Shown here: one piece after another, positions 19,559-28,533 of the stretch
Numbering within the stretch: position 1 is the first letter of the stretch
Layout: every line of letters starts with the position of its first letter
DNA from: Patescibacteria group bacterium
GTDB lineage: Bacteria; Patescibacteriota; Patescibacteriia; JBAZBY01
Direction of reading: 5' to 3'
Assembly (NCBI GenBank): GCA_041671225.1
Contig: JBAZBY010000001.1
Coordinates: 430,940-494,939 of the forward strand
Length of the DNA stretch: 64,000 bases
Translations under genes and position numbers: made by a program
The notes under the pieces: generated by a model
Database searches by the model: none
What the model saw: the letters and a program-made list of their open reading frames with translations, nothing else
Told to the model about the DNA's origin: nothing

Positions 19559-20713
19559 ATGCTCCAACGCGGCATCGCTCTTCTTCCCATCCTTCTCATC
19601 ATCGGCGGCGTTGTATTGGCCGGCATTCTTGGATTTGTGATATGGCAACTGCCGAGCATGACCAACACCCAAACAACGAATACAGCAAATATCGTGGTCA
19701 ACACGAATGCTGTTGCTTGCACACAGGAAGCGAAGCTCTGCCCGGACGGTTCTGCTGTTGGCCGCACTGGGCCAAACTGCGAGTTCGCTGCATGCCCGGG
19801 GGAGACGAATACGAATATTTCTACCGCAGACTGGAAGACATATGCGAATAATGAATTTGATTTTACATTTCAGTATCCAAATTCCTGGATCGTCGAAAAT
19901 TGGAAAGATATTGGACAATTTGTCAATGGAGATGGAAGAACTTTTTCATTTATCTGGGATGAAATTATCATCCGCGAAGGAGATGTGCGGGAAAACACTA
20001 CTGGTAGCAGTGCGCTTAGTTTTGGGTTCACTGATATTTCGGCGGAGTTATTTATTGGACGGTATAATAGTGATGGTGATACCGCATCTCAGGTGATAGC
20101 GCCTGTATATATTGAAACCGTTGCGGGAAGAACTGTGAAGCATGTGACTGCAGAAACTGCAATTGGATTGCCACGTGAGTACCTGTTTTTTGCTCCGTAT
20201 TCCTCCGGTTTTATTATTTCTTACGATGATTTTGACAGTACACATAAACAAATTCTCTCTTCATTGACGTTTACGGAACAGGATCCAACCGCATGGTGGG
20301 GTACATATACAAATGAGCAATATGGATTTACATTGCGTTATCCATCTATGTTTAGTGTGTTTGAAGAATCAACCCTATTGAAAGGTGAGCAGGAATATCC
20401 ATCTATTGTCTTTGCACCAAGCAATGACCTTGGGGTTTTCTCAATAACAATATATCCGCGAAAAAGTAATGAAACCGGACTTGCTGCATATTTGAGCGCT
20501 GTGCCGACCGATCTTCATGCGTCAGAACAGACAAGTGTGTCTGTTGGCGGCGCTGAGGGTATTAGGATTGATCCTGTTCCAGGATTGGCACCAGCAAAGG
20601 CAGTTTTTCTTGCCAAGGACAATTTCGCGTTTGAGTTAAATACAAGCAGTAGACCTGGACTTACTGATGAGGAATATAATAGCATCCTCTCTACCTTCCA
20701 ATTCACAAATTAG
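19559..20713 (+). CDS. paralog 2 of 4: pilin-like N-terminus MLQRGIALLPILLIIGGVVLAGILGF, 4-Cys module VACTQEAKLCPDGSAVGRTGPNCEFAACPGE, PsbP-like repeats
   Basis: Track ORF 19508 trimmed to the Met after the stop of paralog 1. Repeats ADWKTYANNEFDFTFQYPNSW and AWWGTYTNEQYGFTLRYPSMF. Confidence 0.7.
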   Translation: MLQRGIALLPILLIIGGVVLAGILGFVIWQLPSMTNTQTTNTANIVVNTNAVACTQEAKLCPDGSAVGRTGPNCEFAACPGETNTNISTADWKTYANNEFDFTFQYPNSWIVENWKDIGQFVNGDGRTFSFIWDEIIIREGDVRENTTGSSALSFGFTDISAELFIGRYNSDGDTASQVIAPVYIETVAGRTVKHVTAETAIGLPREYLFFAPYSSGFIISYDDFDSTHKQILSSLTFTEQDPTAWWGTYTNEQYGFTLRYPSMFSVFEESTLLKGEQEYPSIVFAPSNDLGVFSITIYPRKSNETGLAAYLSAVPTDLHASEQTSVSVGGAEGIRIDPVPGLAPAKAVFLAKDNFAFELNTSSRPGLTDEEYNSILSTFQFTN

Positions 20714-20716
20714 GGT

Positions 20717-22054
20717 ATGACCCAACGCGGATTCGCTTTTCTTCCCATCCTTCTCATCATCGGCGGCGTTGTATTGGTCGGCATTCTTGGATTTGTGATA
20801 TGGCAACTGCCGAGCATGACCAACACCGGAAACACGAACACGGTGAATGTTGTGGTCAATGCGAATACTGTCGCCTGCACGGAAGAAGCAAAGCTCTGCC
20901 CGGACGGTTCTGCTGTTGGCCGCACCGGGCCAAACTGCGAGTTCGCTGCATGCCCGGGGGAGAATACCAATACCTCTGTTGATCTGACGGCCGATTGGGA
21001 AACATATACGAATGATACTTATGGGTATTCGATTCGATATCCAAAAGGGTGGGTATATGATGCTATGTTTCTTGAATCCGTGGTTTTTAATTCCGAATCT
21101 ACTGGTCAATGGAGGCTTTCAATCGATATGGAACCAACCGCGAGATCTGTGCAGGAAAATATTGATACTCCGATCCACAATAGCCTAGGAGAAGCCACGC
21201 ATCTTCAAGGAGATGAATGGGAAAGAAGCGCTCGCACCATCGATGGGCAACAAGCAATACGAATAGTTGTCCGTGAACTCCATCCTGGTGACTATGGGGA
21301 TACAAAAACACTGGTCGTCAATGACGGCTTCCTTTATACCTTAAGCCAAGGAACAGGTTCAGATCCTATTGAATCGGCCATGGTCGATAGTTTGAGATTT
21401 ACATCCCGCAAGACAATCGCAGATTGGAAGACATATACGAATGACGAATTCGGTTTTTCATTCAAATATCCTGCTGATTATCAACTTGAAACAGGCTCCG
21501 GCGATGTTCAACTCATTGCTCGCTCGTTCCACCCGCAAGGGCTCTTAGCCTTTGGAGTGTGGCGCGGAGAACAAGAGGACTGTGAGTGCGAGCTCATTAC
21601 GTATAATGGAAAAACCATCACCGTAGGTGATTCCCAATATAATGATTCATGGGAAACGGATTATATGTGGTCCACCTTCCAATTCACGGACGTCACGACC
21701 ACTCAAGCAACAGATGATGACTCTGTATCATTAAGTCCGGAGGATCAGCAAGCGCTGGAATCAGTCGCGTTTGCAGTGGTAGATCAAAAAACCAGTGGGC
21801 AATGGGATAAGAGAATAGATGTTGGGCGCGTAGATGCATCGCAAAATGCGGTTGTAGGGTACTGGTGGGCGCGCGACCGCTGGCAATGGATCGCTTGGAG
21901 ACAAGCAGGAGGCGATTGGAATATTCTGGTAAGTCTGGACGGATTTGATTGTACAGAATTAGAAAGTCTCCCAACGCAATATGAGAGTTTTTTCCATAAC
22001 GTCATATATATATCGTCTGGCGAAAAGTATTGCTTTTCACACACATCTCGCTAA
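20717..22054 (+). CDS. paralog 3 of 4: N-terminus MTQRGFAFLPILLIIGGVVLVGILGF, same 4-Cys module, PsbP-like repeats, 445 aa
   Basis: 5' ~110 nt and the Cys-module coding stretch are nearly identical at nucleotide level to paralog 2. Confidence 0.7.
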   Translation: MTQRGFAFLPILLIIGGVVLVGILGFVIWQLPSMTNTGNTNTVNVVVNANTVACTEEAKLCPDGSAVGRTGPNCEFAACPGENTNTSVDLTADWETYTNDTYGYSIRYPKGWVYDAMFLESVVFNSESTGQWRLSIDMEPTARSVQENIDTPIHNSLGEATHLQGDEWERSARTIDGQQAIRIVVRELHPGDYGDTKTLVVNDGFLYTLSQGTGSDPIESAMVDSLRFTSRKTIADWKTYTNDEFGFSFKYPADYQLETGSGDVQLIARSFHPQGLLAFGVWRGEQEDCECELITYNGKTITVGDSQYNDSWETDYMWSTFQFTDVTTTQATDDDSVSLSPEDQQALESVAFAVVDQKTSGQWDKRIDVGRVDASQNAVVGYWWARDRWQWIAWRQAGGDWNILVSLDGFDCTELESLPTQYESFFHNVIYISSGEKYCFSHTSR

Positions 22055-22090
22055 AGAAATAACAGGCACGTCGGAATTCACAATGAACAT

Positions 22091-22711
22091 ATGACCCAAC
22101 GCGGATTCGCTTTTCTTCCCATCCTTCTCGTCATCGTCGCGTTGATTCTCGCAGGAGTACTGAGTTTTGGTTTGTATTTGCTTTCTGGTGCTGGCAATGA
22201 TAATGGTATCAACACGAACATTGGCACTACTACCGTGGTAAAAAATTTTGATGAATGTGCAGCCGCGGGGTATCCGGTTGGCGAAAGCTACCCGCGCCAG
22301 TGCTTTGCAAATAGGCAGACGTTTGTGGAGGATATTGCTAACACGAATAACAACGCCACCACAGGACCTGCTGTGTGTGGTGATGGCGTGTGCGCCGTGG
22401 GTGAGGCAGAATGTATTCCGAGCGAGTGCGGTGAGGGTTGGTGTACAGATGATTGTAGCGTGCCACTCTGTCCGGAAGATTGTACGAATGAGGTAAGATT
22501 TTCCTTGCCATTAGAAACAGCAGAAGAGGTGCAGGCCTTTCTGGAGACGAAAAATAATCCTGTCGATTGTTTAAATACTCAATTTTCAGCTGATTGGAAT
22601 GAAGCGGGGTATTGGGATGTCACATGTCATAGTAACGAAATGAGTATGTCTGTTGCGGTTGAGCCAGATGGTGACTATCATGACGCGCCTCGATTTCTAG
22701 GGACAAATTAG
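22091..22711 (+). CDS. paralog 4 of 4 (206 aa): same N-terminus MTQRGFAFLPILLVIVALILAG, Cys-rich (12 Cys) extracellular domain
   Basis: First 40 nt identical to paralog 3. CGDGVCAVGEAECIPSECGEGWCTDDCSVPLCPEDC. Confidence 0.65.
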   Translation: MTQRGFAFLPILLVIVALILAGVLSFGLYLLSGAGNDNGINTNIGTTTVVKNFDECAAAGYPVGESYPRQCFANRQTFVEDIANTNNNATTGPAVCGDGVCAVGEAECIPSECGEGWCTDDCSVPLCPEDCTNEVRFSLPLETAEEVQAFLETKNNPVDCLNTQFSADWNEAGYWDVTCHSNEMSMSVAVEPDGDYHDAPRFLGTN

Positions 22712-22809
22712 CATATAAAATAAGAGAAAAATCGCTAACCTTGCAGACAGGGCGTCTTTGTGGTAGCATAGCGAACGCTTAACTTAACTCATTTGAATTT
22801 GGAAACCCA

Positions 22810-24339
22810 ATGGAATTCAGCATATTATGGTTCGCGATTCTCGCGGCCTCGCTTGCTGGTGGCGTGCTTGCAGGGTATTGGTTCCGCAAAACCTGGGCCA
22901 TTCGAGAAGCACAATCCATCGAAGCAAAAGCGCAAACACTCATAGAAAAGGCAAAGGCAGAGTCAAAGGAACATCTGCTCGATGCAAAAGAAAAGGCCAG
23001 TAAAGTAATTGAAGAAGCGCAACGCGAAGAAAAAGAACTTCGGGCGGAGCTTCGCAATCAACAGCAACGACTTGAACAACGCGAGTCGAAGTTTGATTCC
23101 AAGCTAATGGAGGTGGAAGGTAAGCAAGAAGAGCTTGCCAAAAAGGCCACAAAGCTTGAAGAACTCAAAGGGAAAATCCGTGAGATTCAGGAAATGCAGG
23201 AAAAGCGGTTAGAGGAAATCGCAAGTTTATCTCGGGAGGAAGCAACAGAAAAGCTCATGATCAAGGTGGAGGAGAGCAGCAAAGAAGCGCTGACATCCCG
23301 CCTTAAAAAGATGGATCAGGAGAGTTCTGATGTGATCGATAAGAAGGCCCGCGATCTTCTTTCCACCGCCATTCAGCGCGTGGTGCATAGCCACGTGACA
23401 GAAACGACCACCACCGTCGTGCAGCTTCCAAGTGAAGACATGAAGGGTCGCATCATCGGGCGCGAGGGCCGCAACATCAAAGCGCTTGAAACGCTCACCG
23501 GTGTTGAAATTGTTGTTGATGACACGCCGGATACCATCGTGATTTCTGGCTTCAATCCGATTCGTCGGCACTTAGCAAAGCGCGCATTAGAGAAACTGAT
23601 GTCTGATGGTCGCATTCACCCTGCCCGCATTGAAGAGACGGTAAAGGAAGCAAAGAAGGATCTCACGCGCGATATTCAAAAAGCCGGTGAAGATGCCGTG
23701 TATGATGTTGGCGTGACGGGGCTCAACCCGCAGCTCGTGCAGGTGCTCGGTCGTTTGAAGTACCGCACAAGTTACGGTCAGAATGTTCTCTTGCACTCCA
23801 TTGAAGTGGCATTACTCTCTGGGCTTATTGCCGCACAACTCGGCGCAGACAGCGCAAAAGCAAAGAAGGCCGGCTTGCTGCATGACATCGGTAAAGCAAT
23901 CAACCATGAAGTCGGCGGTGCGCATACGACCGTCGGATATGAAATTTTAAAGAAGTTCGGCGTGTCGGAAGATATTGCACAAGTCGCCGTGGGTCACCAC
24001 GAAGATCATGTTGAGGATCTTACCACTATTATCGTGAAGACAGCGGACGCCATCAGCGGTGGCCGCCCAGGCGCACGTAAGGATACCTATGAGAACTACG
24101 TGCAACGCTTGGATGAGATCGAAACACTTGCCAAGAACTTTGAGGGCGTAGAAAAGGTCTATGCAATTCAGGCTGGCCGCGAGGTTCGCGTGTTTGTGGA
24201 ACCAACCAAGATTGATGATTGGAAGGCGCATGAACTGGCAAAGGACATTGCCAAGAGCATTGAGCAGCAGCTGCAATACCCCGGTGAAATCAAGGTGAAT
24301 GTGATCCGTGAGACGCGGGCAATAGAATATGCCCGCTAA
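22810..24339 (+). CDS. rny: ribonuclease Y (N-terminal TM, KH and HD domains)
   Basis: 509 aa. N-terminal anchor FAILAASLAGGVLAGYWF, charged coiled coil, KH region GREGRNIKALE, HD motif GLLHDIGKA. Confidence 0.92.
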   Translation: MEFSILWFAILAASLAGGVLAGYWFRKTWAIREAQSIEAKAQTLIEKAKAESKEHLLDAKEKASKVIEEAQREEKELRAELRNQQQRLEQRESKFDSKLMEVEGKQEELAKKATKLEELKGKIREIQEMQEKRLEEIASLSREEATEKLMIKVEESSKEALTSRLKKMDQESSDVIDKKARDLLSTAIQRVVHSHVTETTTTVVQLPSEDMKGRIIGREGRNIKALETLTGVEIVVDDTPDTIVISGFNPIRRHLAKRALEKLMSDGRIHPARIEETVKEAKKDLTRDIQKAGEDAVYDVGVTGLNPQLVQVLGRLKYRTSYGQNVLLHSIEVALLSGLIAAQLGADSAKAKKAGLLHDIGKAINHEVGGAHTTVGYEILKKFGVSEDIAQVAVGHHEDHVEDLTTIIVKTADAISGGRPGARKDTYENYVQRLDEIETLAKNFEGVEKVYAIQAGREVRVFVEPTKIDDWKAHELAKDIAKSIEQQLQYPGEIKVNVIRETRAIEYAR

Positions 24340-24365
24340 CATGGTATACTCATAGAGGAGGATCT

Positions 24366-24704
24366 ATGAACCGTGCAGAGCTTGCAGAAAAGATCGCCGA
24401 GAAGATCGGCATCACTAAAAAGCAGGCAGAAGATGTACTGCGTTCTTTTGAGTCCCACACAATCAAAGCCTTGCAGCAGGGTCAAGAAGTGACGCTTGCG
24501 GGTTTTGGTACCTTTTCAGCGCGTGTGCGAAAAGAACGCGGCGGCGTGAATCCCCGCAATCCAAAAGAGCGTATTCAGATCCCAACCGTAACGGTACCAA
24601 AGTTCAAAGCAGGCAAGAACCTGAAGGATGAGCTGAAGTCCGGCAAAGCAGGATCCGCAGGAAAGAGCGAGGATCAGGACGTGCTGCCGGTTGAAGAGGC
24701 ATAA
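24366..24704 (+). CDS. hup: HU/IHF-family nucleoid DNA-binding protein
   Basis: RAELAEKIAEKIGITKKQAEDVL...LAGFGTFSARVRKERGGVNPRNPKERIQIP; SD agaggagg. Confidence 0.9.
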   Translation: MNRAELAEKIAEKIGITKKQAEDVLRSFESHTIKALQQGQEVTLAGFGTFSARVRKERGGVNPRNPKERIQIPTVTVPKFKAGKNLKDELKSGKAGSAGKSEDQDVLPVEEA

Positions 24705-24727
24705 TATATTATTAACCTCAACGATAT

Positions 24728-24913
24728 ATGATGGATGTGAATATTCATAAGCGCGGCGGCGGAGACGCTGTCTATGGGCTCGGTTTTATTGGCGCTGCCA
24801 TTTATTATATTTCTGTGGCTACCGGTTTTTGGGTCGGTGTTTTGGGTGTTCTCAAAGCGATCATTTGGCCCATCTTTTTTGTCTACGAGGCGTTGAAGTT
24901 TTTTGCGCAATAA
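24728..24913 (+). CDS. 61-aa small membrane protein; its last 15 codons lie inside the 88-bp direct repeat
   Basis: MMDVNIHKRGGGDAVYGLGFIGAAIYYISVATGFWVGVLGVLKAIIWPIFFVYEALKFFAQ with two hydrophobic helices. Confidence 0.5.
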   Translation: MMDVNIHKRGGGDAVYGLGFIGAAIYYISVATGFWVGVLGVLKAIIWPIFFVYEALKFFAQ

Positions 24914-24954
24914 TAAGAGGGGCGCAGCGAGGTAAACAAAAAACACTCCGCAGA
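24867..24954 (+). repeat. direct repeat copy 1 (88 bp) = 3' end of the small membrane-protein gene plus downstream hairpin
   Basis: ggcccatcttttttgtctacgaggcgttgaagttttttgcgcaataataagaggggcgcagcgaggtaaacaaaaaacactccgcaga recurs at 27537..27625 with one extra A. Confidence 0.9.
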
Positions 24955-25036
24955 GCATGCAGGGTGTTTTTGGGTATGCAAATAAAAAGAGGTGCTACCC
25001 GGAACGCGATGTCCGGATAGCACCTCGGTTGTGCAT

Positions 25037-26548
25037 TTAGAGTCCCCAGTTTTTGGTCCGGTCCGCAATGTGCATGCAGTCCGGACCATTCACCTCCTTC
25101 ATCCACCGGAGCCGAAGCTTGGTGAGTTGTATGGGAGTCAGGCCGCCAACAGGGAATGCCGAGCGCTCGTGGCTCGTGCGCAGGTCGAGATCCGGGAACA
25201 CGGTCTTCAGGTATGCGTATGCGGCAGTTCCGGGGATGGCGGTATAGATGAATAACATCACATATGCCAATCCCGCTTGCTTCAGTCGCTTCGCATACCA
25301 AACCGTCCGCTCCATATCCGCGAGCGACTCCTCGAAGCCGCCGTTGTTGCCTTTGAATCCGAGCATGAACCCGCCCACCGCTTCGATCCCCTTGTGTGCA
25401 GCGTAGCGCACGATCTTCTCGGCCGCGTCCGCCTCTGCATTCACATGCGGCTTGTGGCTTTTGGCAAGGGACTGCGGATTGGCCGATTCAATTGCCAGGT
25501 AGAACCGGTAGCAGCCGCTTTCCGCGAGTGCATCAAGGATGTGCTCGTATGAAAGGCAGAAGCCCGGCTTCATGAACTTGAACATGGAGAGTCCGCCTTC
25601 CTCGAACCACGCCATGTCGTATTTCTGCAGGATCGCCGCAACTGCCAGCGCGCGCGGGATGTCAGCGAAGAACATGTCGTCCTCTACGATGACTTCGTTG
25701 ACGCCGATGGCCTTCAGTAATGCAACTTCCCGCTCAAATCGCGCAAGTCCGTAGTAACGGATTTTCCCAGCCATGATATGGATATGACAGAAGTCGCACT
25801 TGAGCGGGCAGCCTTCACTGGACAGGATGTATGCATGCCGCCCCGTTGTCCGGAAACGACTGCCGCCCGTGTGCTCAGGAGTGTCATACATCGGATGGAG
25901 TGGAATTTCCAGGCGCCGTGGTGCAAGGACGTCGAGCGTGGGAATGAACAGACGGTCCGGATTGTGCACCAGAACGCCATGTTCATTCTTATAGCTCACA
26001 CCCGCAACCATTGTTGTATGGTGCGAAGAAATACCCTCCTCGATGGAGCGACATAGCTCAGGGAACGTTACAAGACCTTCGCCCCGGATCACCATGTCCA
26101 CACAAGGACTTTTCATCACGTCGCGACAATCACCGGTGGCGTGAGAGCCGCCCTCGGCAATGATCGCGTTGGGGTATGCACGCCTCATTATGTGAGCGAC
26201 ACGCTCTACATTACTTGCCTGGTTGCTGAACAGGCTCGTGATGCCGCAGACATCCGGAGTAAAGCGCTCAAGAACCTCTTCAAGTTGCGCGTCGGTCAGG
26301 CCGTAGCGAACCGTGCCGTCTTCCTGTGCAGTGTACTGGTCGTATGCGGACATACAGGCGTCGATGAAAACGACGTTGAATCCCGCAGCCACCAACTCAC
26401 TTGCAATAAGTTCCGCCCCGATCGGACAGCCAGCGCGGCGCGTTTCATATGTCGGCCAGAAGCTGTAAAAGGGGGCGGCCATCATGATAGTGAGTCGCCG
26501 CATGTCCTGCCAAAAGGCAACTCCCTGCGTAAATAGCTCGACCCGCAC
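25037..26548 (-). CDS. cobalamin(B12)-binding-domain radical SAM enzyme (class B-like)
   Basis: 503 aa. N-terminal B12-binding Rossmann-like region (LTIMMAAPFYSF...VVFIDACMS) and radical SAM cluster motif CPLKCDFC (CxxxCxxC). GTG start preceded by AAGGAAGG. About 60% GC versus ~50% around it. Confidence 0.8.
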   Translation of the reverse strand: MRVELFTQGVAFWQDMRRLTIMMAAPFYSFWPTYETRRAGCPIGAELIASELVAAGFNVVFIDACMSAYDQYTAQEDGTVRYGLTDAQLEEVLERFTPDVCGITSLFSNQASNVERVAHIMRRAYPNAIIAEGGSHATGDCRDVMKSPCVDMVIRGEGLVTFPELCRSIEEGISSHHTTMVAGVSYKNEHGVLVHNPDRLFIPTLDVLAPRRLEIPLHPMYDTPEHTGGSRFRTTGRHAYILSSEGCPLKCDFCHIHIMAGKIRYYGLARFEREVALLKAIGVNEVIVEDDMFFADIPRALAVAAILQKYDMAWFEEGGLSMFKFMKPGFCLSYEHILDALAESGCYRFYLAIESANPQSLAKSHKPHVNAEADAAEKIVRYAAHKGIEAVGGFMLGFKGNNGGFEESLADMERTVWYAKRLKQAGLAYVMLFIYTAIPGTAAYAYLKTVFPDLDLRTSHERSAFPVGGLTPIQLTKLRLRWMKEVNGPDCMHIADRTKNWGL

Positions 26549-26755
26549 TTTTGCACCTTCCTTTCCTATGTAGGTTGTTAAGTTGCGTGTTCAGACTGCA
26601 TTCGAGTTGAACAGGGGAATATACTACATATTTTCATAAATGTCAATATTATTCGTCATTTTTGACGAGTAATAAATGCTTATAATATAAAACAATATTG
26701 ACAATTATTCTTTCTTGATATATAATGACGACGAATAATTCGTCATATTGTCTAT
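26549..26755. promoter_or_regulatory. divergent promoter region with two palindromic operators (TCGTCAttttTGACGA at 26653..26668; ATGACGAcgaataattcgTCAT at 26725..26746)
   Basis: Plus-strand TTGACA(26698)-17-TATAAT(26721) promoter for the regulator overlaps operator 2. Minus-strand TTGACA-17-TATATT promoter (plus 26646..26618) for the radical SAM gene has operator 1 just upstream of its -35. Confidence 0.55.
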
Positions 26756-27496
26756 ATGAAAATAGAGCAAATCCTTGAAAAATTCGGTTTTTCTACGAAT
26801 GAGTCAAAAGTGTATTTGTCCTCCCTTGAAATGGGCCTGGCCTCGGCGCAAGATATTGCAAAAAAGGCTGGCCTAAAACGCACGACGACGTATTCGGTAT
26901 TGTCATACTTAGTGGATCGCGGAGTGGTCGGAAAGACCATCGTCAAGAATAAAACGCGGTTCGTTGCGGAACCACCGGACAAGCTCTTAAATTTAGTGAA
27001 CGAAGTCAAAGAAAGCATTACGGATGTGCTTCCGCAACTGGAGGCGATCTATAACACGAACGACGCGAAGCCGAAGATCACATTCTATGAAGGCGAAAGT
27101 GCGATCCATAATGTATATGAAGACACGCTCAAAGAGAAGCCAATGGAAATCTTGGAATGGAACACCAATGCATTTTTTGACCGTTTTCCAAAAGAGTATA
27201 ACTACATTGAAAAACGGGCCGCATTAGGGATCAAGGCACGGCGTATCTCAAGTAAAGGTTCTTTATGGGATACCACGCATAAACGAATGGACAAAATGGA
27301 ATTGGCAGAAACGATCGGTGTGCAAAAGGAACTTTTTGATCCGAAGATCGAAGTGAATATCTACAACAATAAGGTCGCATTCATGAATTACGCGGAAAAT
27401 ATGTCCATCATCATCGAGAGTAAGGCGATCGCGGATGCGATGCGACAAGCATATGAACTTTCGTGGCTTGGAGCAAAAGTGAGTTCGGCCAGGTAA
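26756..27496 (+). CDS. TrmB-family HTH transcriptional regulator
   Basis: 246 aa. N-terminal winged helix MKIEQILEKFGFSTNESKVYLSSLEMGLASAQDIAKKAGLKRTTTYSVLSYLVDRG typical of TrmB-like regulators. AT-rich (~42% GC). Confidence 0.7.
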   Translation: MKIEQILEKFGFSTNESKVYLSSLEMGLASAQDIAKKAGLKRTTTYSVLSYLVDRGVVGKTIVKNKTRFVAEPPDKLLNLVNEVKESITDVLPQLEAIYNTNDAKPKITFYEGESAIHNVYEDTLKEKPMEILEWNTNAFFDRFPKEYNYIEKRAALGIKARRISSKGSLWDTTHKRMDKMELAETIGVQKELFDPKIEVNIYNNKVAFMNYAENMSIIIESKAIADAMRQAYELSWLGAKVSSAR

Positions 27497-27536
27497 TAAC
27501 CCTTCCTACATTCCAGCATCAACAGTCCTTTGCTCG

Positions 27537-27625
27537 GGCCCATCTTTTTTGTCTACGAGGCGTTGAAGTTTTTTGCGCAATAATAAGAGGGGCGCAGCGA
27601 GGTAAACAAAAAAACACTCCGCAGA
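27537..27625 (+). repeat. direct repeat copy 2 (89 bp); promoter- and start-less remnant of the small-gene 3' end plus intact terminator hairpin
   Basis: Same sequence as 24867..24954. In frame it encodes ...LGPIFFVYEALKFFAQ* with no upstream Met. Followed by AACACTCCgcagaacgtGGAGTGTTTTTT. Confidence 0.9.
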
Positions 27626-27688
27626 ACGTGGAGTGTTTTTTGTGGGTTATACGCGTCGATGAGTGACATGAGAATTGCATGTTGTCTC

Positions 27689-28012
27689 TCAGCGGTTTTG
27701 GTGTGTGTTTTTTTGATTTGAGATTTGAATGATGGCGTCGAAGTTGTCCGCCTCTAACGTCTTGTTTTTTCTCTCAAATCCACACACAGCGCAGCGATGG
27801 AGAATGATATATCCTCCTCGCTTCGTCTCCACTCCAACAGGTTCCATAAGCCCCTGACATGCTGCCTGACGATCGCCAGGATTCATGTCAACGTGTTTGC
27901 TCCATAGACACTGCGGACAGTGGTTGGTATAGCCGCTCCCGCGTACAAAGAAACCACATCGTTCGCAGGTGAAGTCCTCTCTGGTACGTTGGAATTTTTT
28001 TGGCTGGGTCAT
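27689..28012 (-). CDS. RNHCP-domain zinc-ribbon protein
   Basis: 107 aa. CERCG...YTNHCPQC...CAVCG gives four Cys pairs and the RNHCP motif. Confidence 0.75.
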   Translation of the reverse strand: MTQPKKFQRTREDFTCERCGFFVRGSGYTNHCPQCLWSKHVDMNPGDRQAACQGLMEPVGVETKRGGYIILHRCAVCGFERKNKTLEADNFDAIIQISNQKNTHQNR

Positions 28013-28127
28013 AGCATGAATATCCAGGTTTGGGTTATCAACGATCAGCGTATCTCGGGCTCTTTATAAACACAGTAACCCAATAAGACAAAGGGCACAC
28101 ATACACTGAAGCCTGCAAATATTGTTG

Positions 28128-28204
28128 TGGTGGGCCGTGAGGGATTTGAACCCCCGACACCCAGATTAAGAGTCTGGTGTTCTACCAGGCTGAACTAACG
28201 GCCC
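28128..28204 (-). tRNA. tRNA-Lys (anticodon CTT)
   Basis: Reverse complement GGGCCGTTAGTTCAGCCTGGTAGAACACCAGACTCTTAATCTGGGTGTCGGGGGTTCAAATCCCTCACGGCCCACCA. Clean cloverleaf, CCA encoded. Confidence 0.9.
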
Positions 28205-28286
28205 ATATCGTTTGCGGGAACCCCATGAGATTAGCTCACAAAGTCGCTTTGCTAGTATACGTATTTTCTCTTTCTCTGCAAGCTTC

Positions 28287-28364
28287 TGGTGCGCCCGGAG
28301 GGATTTGAACCCCCAACCTTGTGGTCCGAAGCCACACACTCTATCCAATTGAGCTACGGGCGCC
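28287..28364 (-). tRNA. tRNA-Arg (anticodon TCG)
   Basis: Reverse complement GGCGCCCGTAGCTCAATTGGATAGAGTGTGTGGCTTCGGACCACAAGGTTGGGGGTTCAAATCCCTCCGGGCGCACCA. Loop CTTCGGA. Confidence 0.85.
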
Positions 28365-28533
28365 CGTCAGCGCTTTGATTTTCATCAAAGCTTCGTCGCG
28401 GGCAAGTAAAGGATATTTTATCTTTCGCTTGTCCACCGAAGCTCGAATGCCATGAGAGCAGAGGCGGAAGCCACGGGCGCATAAAAAATGAAGCGCACTG
28501 AAAGATAGCACGCGTTTGTTTTGAGGGCAAGTA

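Noticed and set aside
27463-27666. 67-aa ORF MAWSKSEFGQ...
   Set aside because: It is an out-of-frame reading of the 88-bp direct repeat and its terminator hairpin. An artefact of the repeat.
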